The notes beneath the pieces are model-generated. The model did not search any database, was not told the DNA's origin, and was given only the letters and a program-made list of their open reading frames with translations. This document shows, one piece after another, positions 28,461 through 37,136 of a DNA stretch of 64,000 bases (position 1 is the stretch's first letter; every line of letters starts with the position of its first letter). Origin of the DNA: Candidatus Daviesbacteria bacterium (GTDB taxonomy: Bacteria; Patescibacteriota; Microgenomatia; Daviesbacterales; UBA10151); NCBI GenBank assembly GCA_016176335.1, contig JACOXI010000005.1, positions 63,391-127,390 of the forward strand. Reading direction: 5' to 3'. The translations under genes were made by a program, and so were the position numbers.

Positions 28461-30854
28461 ATGCCAAAAGGACAAAGAAAAACCAATTTTAAAAACAACC
28501 CTTCTTCTCTTATCCTCCTTTTGGTTCAATTTATCCTGATAAAAATAGGCCAGGCACCTATCTGGGTGATCAAATTATTATTATCTATAGCTGTGGGAGG
28601 CTACCTCCGAGCGCGGCGAGCCCTAGACAAGCCACGTCTGACGTGGCGAGCGTATCCGAGCCATGCACCAAGCGGTGCGTGGCGCAGGACGCTAGCGTTG
28701 GCGAGCAAGAGAGTGTGGTTGCCGACCGAAGCCACAAAGAGGCAGTATCTATTCAATCAATTCTTTCATCGTCGTCGTGGCCGGCCCAGAAAATCTTCAT
28801 TTATTCCCTACTATTTAAATAAATTTAAGTTGTTTGTCAAAAGAAGGGTGCCCAAAAAAACTAAAATAGCCGTAGTTTTTGGAGTGGGTTTAATCATACT
28901 TACTCTTTACACTCAATTCATTCTTAATGCCGCAGATACCCTGCCAAACCCTGATAAACTCATCTCTCCCAGACCTGCCACCACAGAAATATTTGACAGA
29001 AATGGCAAACTTTTATACAGAATTTATGAGGGTACAAATAGAAGTCTTGTCAGAATGGATGAATTACCAAAACATTTAATTTTGGCAACTCTTGCCTCCG
29101 AAGATAAAAATTTTTACAACCATCCGGGAGTGGATCCTGTTGCCATATTCAGGGCTTTCTATCACAATTTAAGGTTTGGCAGGACCGAGGGAGCCTCCAC
29201 CATCACCCAACAACTGATCAAAAACTCTTTTCTTACTCCGGAAAAAACTTACAGTAGAAAAATCAAAGAGGTAATTTTATCTCTGTGGACAGAAACCAGA
29301 TATTCAAAAGAGGAGATTCTTAAAATGTATTTTAATGAAGCTCCATACGGAGGGCCCAACTGGGGAATTAAGGCTGCGGCCAGATCCTACTTTGGCAAGA
29401 AACCCGTAGATTTAACTCTTGCGGAAGCAGCTTTTTTGGCAGGACTTCCCGCCTCCCCCAGCCAATTTTCCCCATATGGCGTCAGAGCCGATTTGGGAAT
29501 AGCGCGTCAAAAACAGGTTTTAAAAAGGATGTTAGATGAACATTACATCACTGACGGGGAGTATACTCAAGCAATATCGGAAAAACTGACATTCAGACCC
29601 CAAAATCAAGACATCAATGCCCCTCATTTTGTGTTCTATATCAGAGATATTCTCGCTCAACGTTACGGAGAGAAAACTGTTTCCCAGGGAGGATTAAAGG
29701 TGATCACCACTTTAGATTTGGGATTGCAAAAGGAAGTTGAAAAAATTATTTCAGATGAAATTGCAAACCTTGCCGGACTTGATGTTAAAAACGGAGCAAG
29801 CATGGTTTTGGATGCAAAAGAGGGCCAGATTTTAGCCATGGTAGGATCGCGGGATTATTCTTACCCGGAATTTGGAAATTTCAATGCCACGCTCGCCCTT
29901 CGTCAACCAGGCTCTTCAATAAAACCCATAACTTATGCCACGGCTTTCAAAGAAGGTTACTTTCCGGGAAATACTATCTTGGATTCTCCTGTCACATTCC
30001 CAGATGGAGCCAGAAATTATTCACCGATAAATTATGACGGGGTGTTTCATGGACCTGTCTCCATCCGCACTGCTTTGGGTTCATCCTTAAATGTCCCTGC
30101 TGTTAAGCTTTTGGCCAGTGTGGGTATTCCCGATATGATCAAAACCGCCCAGGATTTAGGTATCACCACCTTTGATGATCCTAAACGATTTGGTCTGTCT
30201 TTAACATTGGGTGGAGGGGAAGTAAAAATGATGGAGATGATGGGAGTTTATCAAGCTTTTTCCCAGATGGGGCTTGCTCAAAAACCTACCGGCATCTTAA
30301 AAGTGACGGATTCTGTGGGCAATATATTGGAAGAATATGAATCCCAACCCAAACAGGTACTGCAACCGGAGGTGGCATATCTTATTACCAGTATACTTTC
30401 CGATAATACGGCAAGAACTCCGGCTTTCGGACCTAATTCCCTGCTACTTATCAGAGGCAATGAAGTGGCTGTAAAAACAGGCACCTCGGATAATAAAAGG
30501 GATAATTGGACTTTTGGATACACTCCTGATTTTGTGGTTGGGGTTTGGGTGGGCAATAATGACAATACTCCCATGAACCCGCAATTAACATCAGGAATAA
30601 CCGGTGCTACCCCAATTTGGAATAAGATCATAAGAGGGCTTTTGGCACAAAAACCCAGCCTCGGATTCATCAAACCCAGTGGCATCATTGAGGCGCAAAT
30701 TGACGGCAGGAGGGATCTGGCCATTTCAGGCTTCATCCCCAAAGGATTGGTCAAGGTCCGAACCCAAGATGTTCAAACCATCTATTTTGACTCTTTTTCA
30801 TCTTATGCCACTCAATCTGCCCAGGCTGCATTGGAAAGTGGAACTAGGAACTAG
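28461..30854 (+). CDS. penicillin-binding protein 1A (bifunctional GT51 glycosyltransferase / transpeptidase)
   Basis: 797 aa. GT51 motifs (ASEDKNFYNHPGVD, TITQQL). Transpeptidase SxxK (SSIK) and KTGTS. The N-terminal cytoplasmic region contains a GC-rich in-frame element. Confidence 0.85.
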   Translation: MPKGQRKTNFKNNPSSLILLLVQFILIKIGQAPIWVIKLLLSIAVGGYLRARRALDKPRLTWRAYPSHAPSGAWRRTLALASKRVWLPTEATKRQYLFNQFFHRRRGRPRKSSFIPYYLNKFKLFVKRRVPKKTKIAVVFGVGLIILTLYTQFILNAADTLPNPDKLISPRPATTEIFDRNGKLLYRIYEGTNRSLVRMDELPKHLILATLASEDKNFYNHPGVDPVAIFRAFYHNLRFGRTEGASTITQQLIKNSFLTPEKTYSRKIKEVILSLWTETRYSKEEILKMYFNEAPYGGPNWGIKAAARSYFGKKPVDLTLAEAAFLAGLPASPSQFSPYGVRADLGIARQKQVLKRMLDEHYITDGEYTQAISEKLTFRPQNQDINAPHFVFYIRDILAQRYGEKTVSQGGLKVITTLDLGLQKEVEKIISDEIANLAGLDVKNGASMVLDAKEGQILAMVGSRDYSYPEFGNFNATLALRQPGSSIKPITYATAFKEGYFPGNTILDSPVTFPDGARNYSPINYDGVFHGPVSIRTALGSSLNVPAVKLLASVGIPDMIKTAQDLGITTFDDPKRFGLSLTLGGGEVKMMEMMGVYQAFSQMGLAQKPTGILKVTDSVGNILEEYESQPKQVLQPEVAYLITSILSDNTARTPAFGPNSLLLIRGNEVAVKTGTSDNKRDNWTFGYTPDFVVGVWVGNNDNTPMNPQLTSGITGATPIWNKIIRGLLAQKPSLGFIKPSGIIEAQIDGRRDLAISGFIPKGLVKVRTQDVQTIYFDSFSSYATQSAQAALESGTRN
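28596..28735. repeat. GC-rich ~140-bp hairpin-containing element inserted in-frame in the PBP1A N-terminal coding region (homologous to 31640..31775 in nusG)
   Basis: ggaggctacctccgagcgcggcgagccctagacaagccacgtctgacgtggc...gttggcgagcaagagagtgtggttgccgaccgaagcc. Shared blocks with the nusG copy. Internal palindrome gccacgtctgacgtggc. Confidence 0.7.
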
Positions 30855-31242
30855 TTCCTTCCAACACCACCCAGCCTCTTAAATCTTTCTTGGGAAATTT
30901 TATGGGTGAGGTGATAAAGGGATCAACCTCGCCTATAAAGATTAAAGTGCCATATCTTGAGTCCTGCTTTTGCTGCCAGTAGCCTTCTCCTGCGGCTAGC
31001 TGTCTGCCATATCGTTTTCTTAAGTTACTTAAATCACTTAAGTCTAACCCGTCATAAAAGATCACTTTTTTTACTCTAAATTGTCCGATTATGTCTTCCC
31101 CTGAAGGTTTTATATAAACCAAATCCCCTGTTGCAATCTGCCCGAAAGGAGGGTTACGCCTTTTGGAAAAGCGGCTTTCTATTGTTTTTTTGCCGGACAG
31201 AATTTTTTTTGCCCCGTCTCCCTTAAAAATTGCCAGGTGTTT
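30844..31242 (-). CDS. ASCH/PUA-like domain protein
   Basis: About 130 aa. ASCH-like N-terminus (LAIFKGDGAKKILSGKKTIESR). Confidence 0.4.
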   Translation of the reverse strand, partial: KHLAIFKGDGAKKILSGKKTIESRFSKRRNPPFGQIATGDLVYIKPSGEDIIGQFRVKKVIFYDGLDLSDLSNLRKRYGRQLAAGEGYWQQKQDSRYGTLIFIGEVDPFITSPIKFPKKDLRGWVVLEGTSS

Positions 31243-31359
31243 CATAACTCTGGCCAGATTATACACCATCCAGTGGGGAAAACAGATAGTTGCCAACTAA
31301 TAATTAATCTGTTATACTTGACAAATTGCCTCCAATAATATGGAGGATTTTTTAGACCC

Positions 31360-31554
31360 ATGAAAAAAGGAGTTAGTTTTATTAAGGAAGTTTACGAAGA
31401 GTTAGTAAAAGTGGCCTGGCCCACCAGAGAACAAACTATCCGCTACACTGTTTTGGTAATCATTGTCACTTTGGTTGTGGGAGTTTTTTTGGGAGGATTT
31501 GATTATATTTTGACAGCAATAACAGCATTTATACTAGAACACTATGGACGATGA
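31360..31554 (+). CDS. secE: preprotein translocase subunit SecE
   Basis: 64 aa. VKVAWPTREQT motif followed by a single TM. Immediately upstream of nusG. Confidence 0.7.
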   Translation: MKKGVSFIKEVYEELVKVAWPTREQTIRYTVLVIIVTLVVGVFLGGFDYILTAITAFILEHYGR

Positions 31555-32308
31555 TTTAAAACTCAAAACTCAAATGTCAAATGTCAAAGCTGGAGAGGAT
31601 CAGACAGCAAAATCTGAACCAGTTAATGATATAAGCGAAGGGAGACTGCCTCCGAACGCAGCGAGCCCTAGAGTCGCCGAAGGCGACCGTACCCGAGGCG
31701 AAGCCGAAGGCGAGCCGCAGGGCGTAAGTACCGAAGGTACAGTTGGCGAGCAAGAGAGCGGGGCGGTCGACCGATCAGGCAATCCTAACGCCAAATGGTA
31801 TGTTGTTCATACTTATTCCGGTCATGAAAACAAAGTGGCGCACACTTTAAAGCAGCGGATTGAATCCGAACATTTGGAAGAGAAAATTTTAGATGTTTTG
31901 GTGCCTATGCAGGATAAAATTGAAATAAAAGGCGGCAAAAAAGTAAGCATTAAAGAAAAAATCTTCCCCGGCTATATTTTGGTAAAAATGGTTTTGGAAG
32001 ATAGTTCCTGGCTGGCTGTCAGAACAACTCAAGGTGTCACCTCCTTTGTGGGTATGGGTAATAAACCCACCCCGATCTCCGATGCGGAGGTGGCCACCAT
32101 AGTCAAATTTACCCAAGAGGAGGCTCCTGTTTATAAGCAGGTTTTCTCTGTTTCGGATACTATCAAAATTGTGGACGGGCCTTTTGCAGATTTTATTGGT
32201 AAAGTGGATAATGTGGATGAGGAAAAAGGCAAGGTTAAGGTTTTGGTATCAATATTCGGGCGTGAAACACCAGTGGAGTTGGATTTTCTGCAGGTGCAGA
32301 AGATATGA
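31544..32308 (+). CDS. nusG: transcription termination/antitermination factor NusG with ~75-aa repeat-derived N-terminal extension
   Basis: NGN start KWYVVHTYSGHENKV and KOW C-terminus. No in-frame start codon near the NGN domain, so the extension (heptamer tract plus GC-rich element) appears to be translated. Confidence 0.85.
   Translation: MDDDLKLKTQMSNVKAGEDQTAKSEPVNDISEGRLPPNAASPRVAEGDRTRGEAEGEPQGVSTEGTVGEQESGAVDRSGNPNAKWYVVHTYSGHENKVAHTLKQRIESEHLEEKILDVLVPMQDKIEIKGGKKVSIKEKIFPGYILVKMVLEDSSWLAVRTTQGVTSFVGMGNKPTPISDAEVATIVKFTQEEAPVYKQVFSVSDTIKIVDGPFADFIGKVDNVDEEKGKVKVLVSIFGRETPVELDFLQVQKI
31640..31775. repeat. GC-rich element copy inside the nusG N-terminal extension
   Basis: gggagactgcctccgaacgcagcgagccctagagtcgccgaaggcgac...gttggcgagcaagagagcggggcggtcgaccgatcagg. 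Palindrome gtcgccgaaggcgac. Read in a different frame than the PBP1A copy. Confidence 0.7.
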
Positions 32309-32368
32309 TCGGCTCTTCGTATATCGAATATTGGTCATCCGATAAACGATAAACGATATTCCAAACAA

Positions 32369-32794
32369 ATGGCTAAAAAAGTTAAAACCTATATTAAACT
32401 AACTATCCCTGCAGGAGTAGCAACTGCAGCTCCTCCAGTGGGAACAGCCTTAGGCCCGCACGGTTTACCTATCATGGAGTTTGTCAAGGCATTTAATGAA
32501 AGAACCAAAGATAAACAGGGTACTGTTTTACCTGTGGTGATCACAGTTTATGAGGATAGAACCTTTTCTTTTATTACCAAAGAGCCTCCTGTTGCTGAAA
32601 TGATTAAAAAAGCCCTCAAGCTGGAGAAAGGCTCTGGCCAAGCCTTAAAAGAACCTGTTGGAACCCTGACAGCAACCCAAGTTGAAGAAATTGCCAAAGC
32701 CAAAATGCCTGATTTGAATGCAAATTCGGTAGAGGCTGCTATAAAAATTGTTGAAGGAACAGCCAAAAGTATGGGAGTAAAAATTAGTAGTTAG
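32369..32794 (+). CDS. rplK: 50S ribosomal protein L11
   Basis: 141 aa. Motif [19 protein letters not shown]. Confidence 0.9.
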   Translation: MAKKVKTYIKLTIPAGVATAAPPVGTALGPHGLPIMEFVKAFNERTKDKQGTVLPVVITVYEDRTFSFITKEPPVAEMIKKALKLEKGSGQALKEPVGTLTATQVEEIAKAKMPDLNANSVEAAIKIVEGTAKSMGVKISS

Positions 32795-32805
32795 TATTAA
32801 GTATT

Positions 32806-33723
32806 ATGGGCAAGACAAAAGTAGCCATCATTGATGATTCAGCGCAAGAAGAGAATAGAGAATCAAGAATAAAGAATAAAGCCTCTAAGAAAAGGGCTAA
32901 AGCGACCGAAGTGAAGTCTGATGCAGCTTCTCGACTGTTTGAGCCAGGCGAGGATGGCCAAAAGGCTCAAGCTTTGACGAGCGTGACGCCATCCGAGCCG
33001 ATTCCGCCAAAGGCGGAAGGCGAGTTGGAGAAGCAAATTCAGACGAACGAGAGAGTACAACCTAAAAAACCTCAAAAACCAGGCAAAGCTAAGCCCCGCT
33101 CCAAGAAATACCAAGAGGTCGTAAAAGATTTGGATAGAACTAAATCCTACCCTTTAGGTGAGGCTATAGAACTTAGTAAAAAACTGTCCTATTCTAAATT
33201 CACAGGTACACTTGAAGCACATATCAATACCACTCAAACAGGAATCCGTGGTTTAGCCTCCCTTCCCTATTCTTCAGGTAAAAAATTACGCATCCTGGTC
33301 TTTGGAAAAGGTGCCAAAGACGCAGGTGCAGATCTGGTGGGTGATGATTCCACCATTGAGGCTATCTCCCAGGGCAAAATTGATTTTGACCTTCTGATAA
33401 GCACTCCTGAATGGATGCCAAAGCTTGCCAAAGTGGCAAGGGTTTTGGGACCTAAGGGGCTCATGCCCAATCCCAAAAATGGCACCATCACAGACGACCT
33501 CAAAAAAGCAGTGGAAGGATTTCAAGCCGGAAAAACAGAATACAAAACAGAGGCCAAAGCAGCAGTAATCCACCTTGGGCTGGGAAAGTTGAATCAACCT
33601 ACCGAGGAGTTATCTGCCAATGTTCAAACTTTGCTTCAAACTTTAGGCAAAACCAGAGTTAAAAAAGTCACTCTTTCCCCCACCATGGGACCATCAGTTA
33701 AAGTTGATCTAGCTTCCATGTAA
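32806..33723 (+). CDS. rplA: 50S ribosomal protein L1 with ~90-aa N-terminal extension
   Basis: L1 core starts near KKYQEVVK...EAIELSKK. N-terminal Lys/Glu-rich extension carries a GC-rich stretch. Confidence 0.85.
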   Translation: MGKTKVAIIDDSAQEENRESRIKNKASKKRAKATEVKSDAASRLFEPGEDGQKAQALTSVTPSEPIPPKAEGELEKQIQTNERVQPKKPQKPGKAKPRSKKYQEVVKDLDRTKSYPLGEAIELSKKLSYSKFTGTLEAHINTTQTGIRGLASLPYSSGKKLRILVFGKGAKDAGADLVGDDSTIEAISQGKIDFDLLISTPEWMPKLAKVARVLGPKGLMPNPKNGTITDDLKKAVEGFQAGKTEYKTEAKAAVIHLGLGKLNQPTEELSANVQTLLQTLGKTRVKKVTLSPTMGPSVKVDLASM

Positions 33724-33729
33724 AATAGT

Positions 33730-34317
33730 TTACCCTTGCGAATGAGTTTTGGCTATTTTCTCTATAGCTTCCTCTACATATTCTTCTATCTGTCTTGCTA
33801 ACCTTATGTGAACTTTAAGCACTGCCTGCTCGTCAGTCGGATGAACATAACCAGTTATGCCATAAAAAGGCGGTTTTAACAAAGGGGGCAAACTGTTAAT
33901 AACCCCAGAAAGCCAGGTGGCTCTGATCAAGCTATGCGGATCAGGAATCTCCTGCTCTGGGAAACCAACGTACTCCGGCAAGGTATAAACATTACCGGCC
34001 TCTCCTATTCCTGTTAAAGCTCTGACTTGCCTTACCTGGTCACGCTCAAAACATAACACCAGATCGGAATTTCCTAAAAGTTCGGCTGTTGCCCTTGTCG
34101 GTATATGGTGCTTGGGAGGTTGATATCCCAGTCTCTCCAAAGCAGAACGCATTTCATAGCTTAGATCCATAAAAGGAGGTTCAATTAAACCGGCCGACGC
34201 ACACTTAACACCAAGAAGACCTTTTTCTTCAGCCATAGCTTTAGCAATGCATTCGGCAACCGGACTTCTGCTTATATTGGCCCAGCAGACAAAGGTCACG
34301 CTGTTGATCTGTTCCAT
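33730..34317 (-). CDS. low-molecular-weight protein tyrosine phosphatase / ArsC-fold
   Basis: 195 aa. P-loop CX5R(S) motif VCWANISRSP at the N-terminus. Confidence 0.55.
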   Translation of the reverse strand: MEQINSVTFVCWANISRSPVAECIAKAMAEEKGLLGVKCASAGLIEPPFMDLSYEMRSALERLGYQPPKHHIPTRATAELLGNSDLVLCFERDQVRQVRALTGIGEAGNVYTLPEYVGFPEQEIPDPHSLIRATWLSGVINSLPPLLKPPFYGITGYVHPTDEQAVLKVHIRLARQIEEYVEEAIEKIAKTHSQG

Positions 34318-34339
34318 AAGTCCAAGTATTATAGCAGTT

Positions 34340-35323
34340 CTATTTTCTACGTAAGGCCTTCTTCAGTATCAGGTTCAAATCCAACTTTAGATTAAATATA
34401 GATATCAAACCAAGTATTATCACAAATATAGCTGTTGTTATATGCGATAAAACTACCATGGATGAAGCTACATTTACTTCAAATCCAAACACTCCGGACA
34501 AAATTAAACTTCCTGATACCTCCGCAGACCCCACATAACCTGGAGCTGCCGGAATAAGATAAGTTAAGGCAGAAAGCATCTGACCAAAATACATCGTGAG
34601 ATATCCCGGGTTAACCCCCAGTGATTGAAAGGTAAAAAACCAAATCCCCGCATCAGCCACATAAGCCAACAATGTTAAAACAATTAAAGTCATCAGATCT
34701 TTTTTGCTTCTTTTTAAAATAGAAAAAGACTCTAAAATAAATGACGTAAACCTAACAAAAGGTATCTTAATAAGATTAAATATAAATAGTGGTGTCAAAA
34801 AAACGACCAATTTTTTAGAAAAATCTAATCTGAATATTGCCAAATATGTGACCAGCAGGAATAAACAGAATACACTCGATATAATAATGATAAAATTTTT
34901 AGGCAAAGTTGTGGGGATAACAAGCAAAAAAATTGACGATGCAGCCAAAACAGTTAAAAAATCAATAAACCTGTCCATAAACACCCAAATTATTGATTTT
35001 CCAAAGCTTAACTCATATTTTGTATTAAGATATACACCTTTGCCAAAATCCCCTGCTCTAATCGGAATAAAAAAATTCAACAGTATTGCCGCACCATTTA
35101 AAAACACCAAATTCCAAAGGGGAATTTGTTTGATTTCCGAAAGGAAAACCTTCAGTCTTATTGCCCGAATGAACGGCGAGGCAAACATACAAAAAAATGC
35201 AGGAAGAAGAAAAATAAGATTGGCCTCGGATAATTTTTGCCATATTTGAGTAAGGTCAACAAATCGAGACCAAATAAAAATTAAGACTAATCCCACAATT
35301 GTATTGAAAATAATCTTTATCAT
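34340..35323 (-). CDS. polytopic membrane protein (UPF0104 / lysyl-PG-synthase-TM-like)
   Basis: 327 aa, 8 or more TM helices. Confidence 0.35.
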   Translation of the reverse strand: MIKIIFNTIVGLVLIFIWSRFVDLTQIWQKLSEANLIFLLPAFFCMFASPFIRAIRLKVFLSEIKQIPLWNLVFLNGAAILLNFFIPIRAGDFGKGVYLNTKYELSFGKSIIWVFMDRFIDFLTVLAASSIFLLVIPTTLPKNFIIIISSVFCLFLLVTYLAIFRLDFSKKLVVFLTPLFIFNLIKIPFVRFTSFILESFSILKRSKKDLMTLIVLTLLAYVADAGIWFFTFQSLGVNPGYLTMYFGQMLSALTYLIPAAPGYVGSAEVSGSLILSGVFGFEVNVASSMVVLSHITTAIFVIILGLISIFNLKLDLNLILKKALRRK

Positions 35324-35362
35324 TAGTTGCCAAACTCTCCCTTTTAAATATACACTATTAAT

Positions 35363-35436
35363 AGCTATCAGTCTTCAGCTATCAGCTTTCAGACTGAAAA
35401 ATTGTCTGACGACTGATGACTGACAGCTGACGACTA
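35363..35436. repeat. palindromic heptamer-repeat element of the ctgatag/gctatca family
   Basis: agctatcagtcttcagctatcagctttcagactgaaaaattgtctgacgactgatgactgacagctgacgac. Lies between the divergent starts of the membrane-protein and dockerin genes. Confidence 0.75.
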
Positions 35437-35442
35437 ATTACC

Positions 35443-36339
35443 ATGTTTTCTACCTTTAAGCAAAGAGTGCTTCTTATAATATATACTATTGTTATACTGT
35501 CCATCCCTGTGGGCACGTATCTTATTTCTCAATATCAAACTATCCGAAGCAGGGCGGAAGAAGCCAAGCCAACCACACCACCTGTGGAAAGAATTACACC
35601 TGTACCTGAAAGCTCTTCCAGCAGTAATCTTACCAATCTATCCGAAGCGGATTCCACTTTGGAAGATCTGTTAAAGATCACTCCCACTCCCTCACCCCAA
35701 GCAACCATAAGCCCGACAATTGCCACATCTTTCGGCCCCACTCTATCATTTAAAATCACCATTGAAGGAAGGCCAAAAGAAAAACAGGCAGGGAAAGTTT
35801 TTGTAGGGGTTTTGGAAGGTGATTTGGTGACAAACCCCAAGTTTTTATTAACCTTTTTGGCTGATGTCCCCGCGAGCGGTGAATACGGCAATCTGTCAAT
35901 TGCAGGATTAAACCCCGGCAGCAAATACACGGCGCTTTTGAAGGGCAGAGGACAAATTGCCAAAGCTTCCACATTTATTATGTCTCCTGCAGAATCTAAA
36001 TTAAACGGAGGTCAAGCCTTAAATCTTGTTTCAGGAGATTTAAATGAAGATAACATCATCAATACAGCGGATTATTCTATTGCTCAAAAAGCCTTCAACT
36101 CAACTCCAACTCAATCAAACTGGAATAAAAATGCCGATATAAATGATGATGGAGTTGTCAATATATTTGATATCTCTGTAATCATTAAAAATTTGGGCCA
36201 AGTTGGAGATTCCGGAGTTTGGGTTTCACCTATTCCAACCGCCACATCATCGGGAGCGCTGACAGAAGATTCAAATAATCTTCCTGTTGGTTCTTCTGGA
36301 GGATCAAACAATGGCTACTGGCTATGGATACCCAAGTGA
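35443..36339 (+). CDS. secreted dockerin-domain protein
   Basis: 298 aa. N-terminal TM/signal and Pro/Thr linker. C-terminal paired dockerin type-I calcium-binding repeats (DLNEDNIINTADYS... DINDDGVVNIFDIS). Confidence 0.6.
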   Translation: MFSTFKQRVLLIIYTIVILSIPVGTYLISQYQTIRSRAEEAKPTTPPVERITPVPESSSSSNLTNLSEADSTLEDLLKITPTPSPQATISPTIATSFGPTLSFKITIEGRPKEKQAGKVFVGVLEGDLVTNPKFLLTFLADVPASGEYGNLSIAGLNPGSKYTALLKGRGQIAKASTFIMSPAESKLNGGQALNLVSGDLNEDNIINTADYSIAQKAFNSTPTQSNWNKNADINDDGVVNIFDISVIIKNLGQVGDSGVWVSPIPTATSSGALTEDSNNLPVGSSGGSNNGYWLWIPK

Positions 36340-36403
36340 TATTGCAACCACACAACGCTAATTGACAAATGCAAGCCCATAGTTTATACTTATTCATTAT
36401 CAT

Positions 36404-37045
36404 ATGAGTGTTTTAGAAAAACTTGCCCGAGTCGGTCTTAGCTCCGCAATGCTTTTAACTGCATGTGATTCCGGACCTAGTACGTAAGAATCATCAATCC
36501 AACCACCGGTCAAACCGAACGCAACCGTAATAAGTCAAGCTCAAGCTACGCCAACCCCGCCATCAAAGCCTGGAGAAAGAGTTGTTTTTGAAACCCCTGA
36601 ACCAACACCTCCTTCCCTAAGACTTCCAGACCTTCACGCTTACCTTGGATATCCAACCATTATATCTATCAACGGAGAAAGCTATACAAGCTTTATGGAG
36701 AAAAGAGGATATAAAATTAATATATATGAGTCACAAATCCCATATAAAGGAACGGTTGTACCACAAGAAGGGCTAATCACTCATCTTCTACCAACAACCG
36801 ATAGTAAGATCAGCAGCTTAGGTGGAGAATATTCTCTAAAACAGGGTCATATCCAGGTTGGATTAAAATATTTTGTGGAAATTAAAAAAAGAGATGGGAC
36901 AAGAAAGGAACTTTGGGTGGCCCGATTCCTAATGGTCAGAATGGGTAATAACCCACCAGTTCTTACCTTAGGATTTAACGCCGTTGAATTTAAAGAGGGT
37001 GAAAGTGGAAAAACCAACACATATATCAACCTCCTTCCAGGATGA
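36404..37045 (+). pseudogene. lipoprotein gene interrupted by in-frame TAA (signal peptide MSVLEKLARVGLSSAMLLTAC then stop at 36485..36487, frame continues to 37045)
   Basis: Lipobox LLTAC. The same frame stays open through a Pro/Thr linker into the 116-aa ORF 36695..37045. Confidence 0.35.
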
Positions 37046-37136
37046 CTACCGGGAAATACTGAATAGTTACATGATTGGCCTATTGACAAGGAGGAAAAAG
37101 TTATTTTAAACTGAAAGTAGCAGACGGGCAAACCAA

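Noticed and set aside
28596-28735. Intein or self-splicing intron as the explanation for the GC-rich insert in PBP1A and NusG
   Set aside because: The inserts are about 140 bp (about 46 aa), far too short for an intein, which needs 130 or more aa with Cys/Ser...HN motifs. The host ORF is continuous through them, and no group I or II intron structure or ORF is present.
36485-36487. Alternative genetic code (stop-codon reassignment, as in SR1/Gracilibacteria) to explain the in-frame TAA in the lipoprotein gene
   Set aside because: Other genes in the window terminate with TAA, TAG and TGA at positions consistent with their orthologs (e.g. nusG, giant ORF and leuS ends), and long ORFs are recovered with code 11. 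A local mutation or error is more parsimonious.
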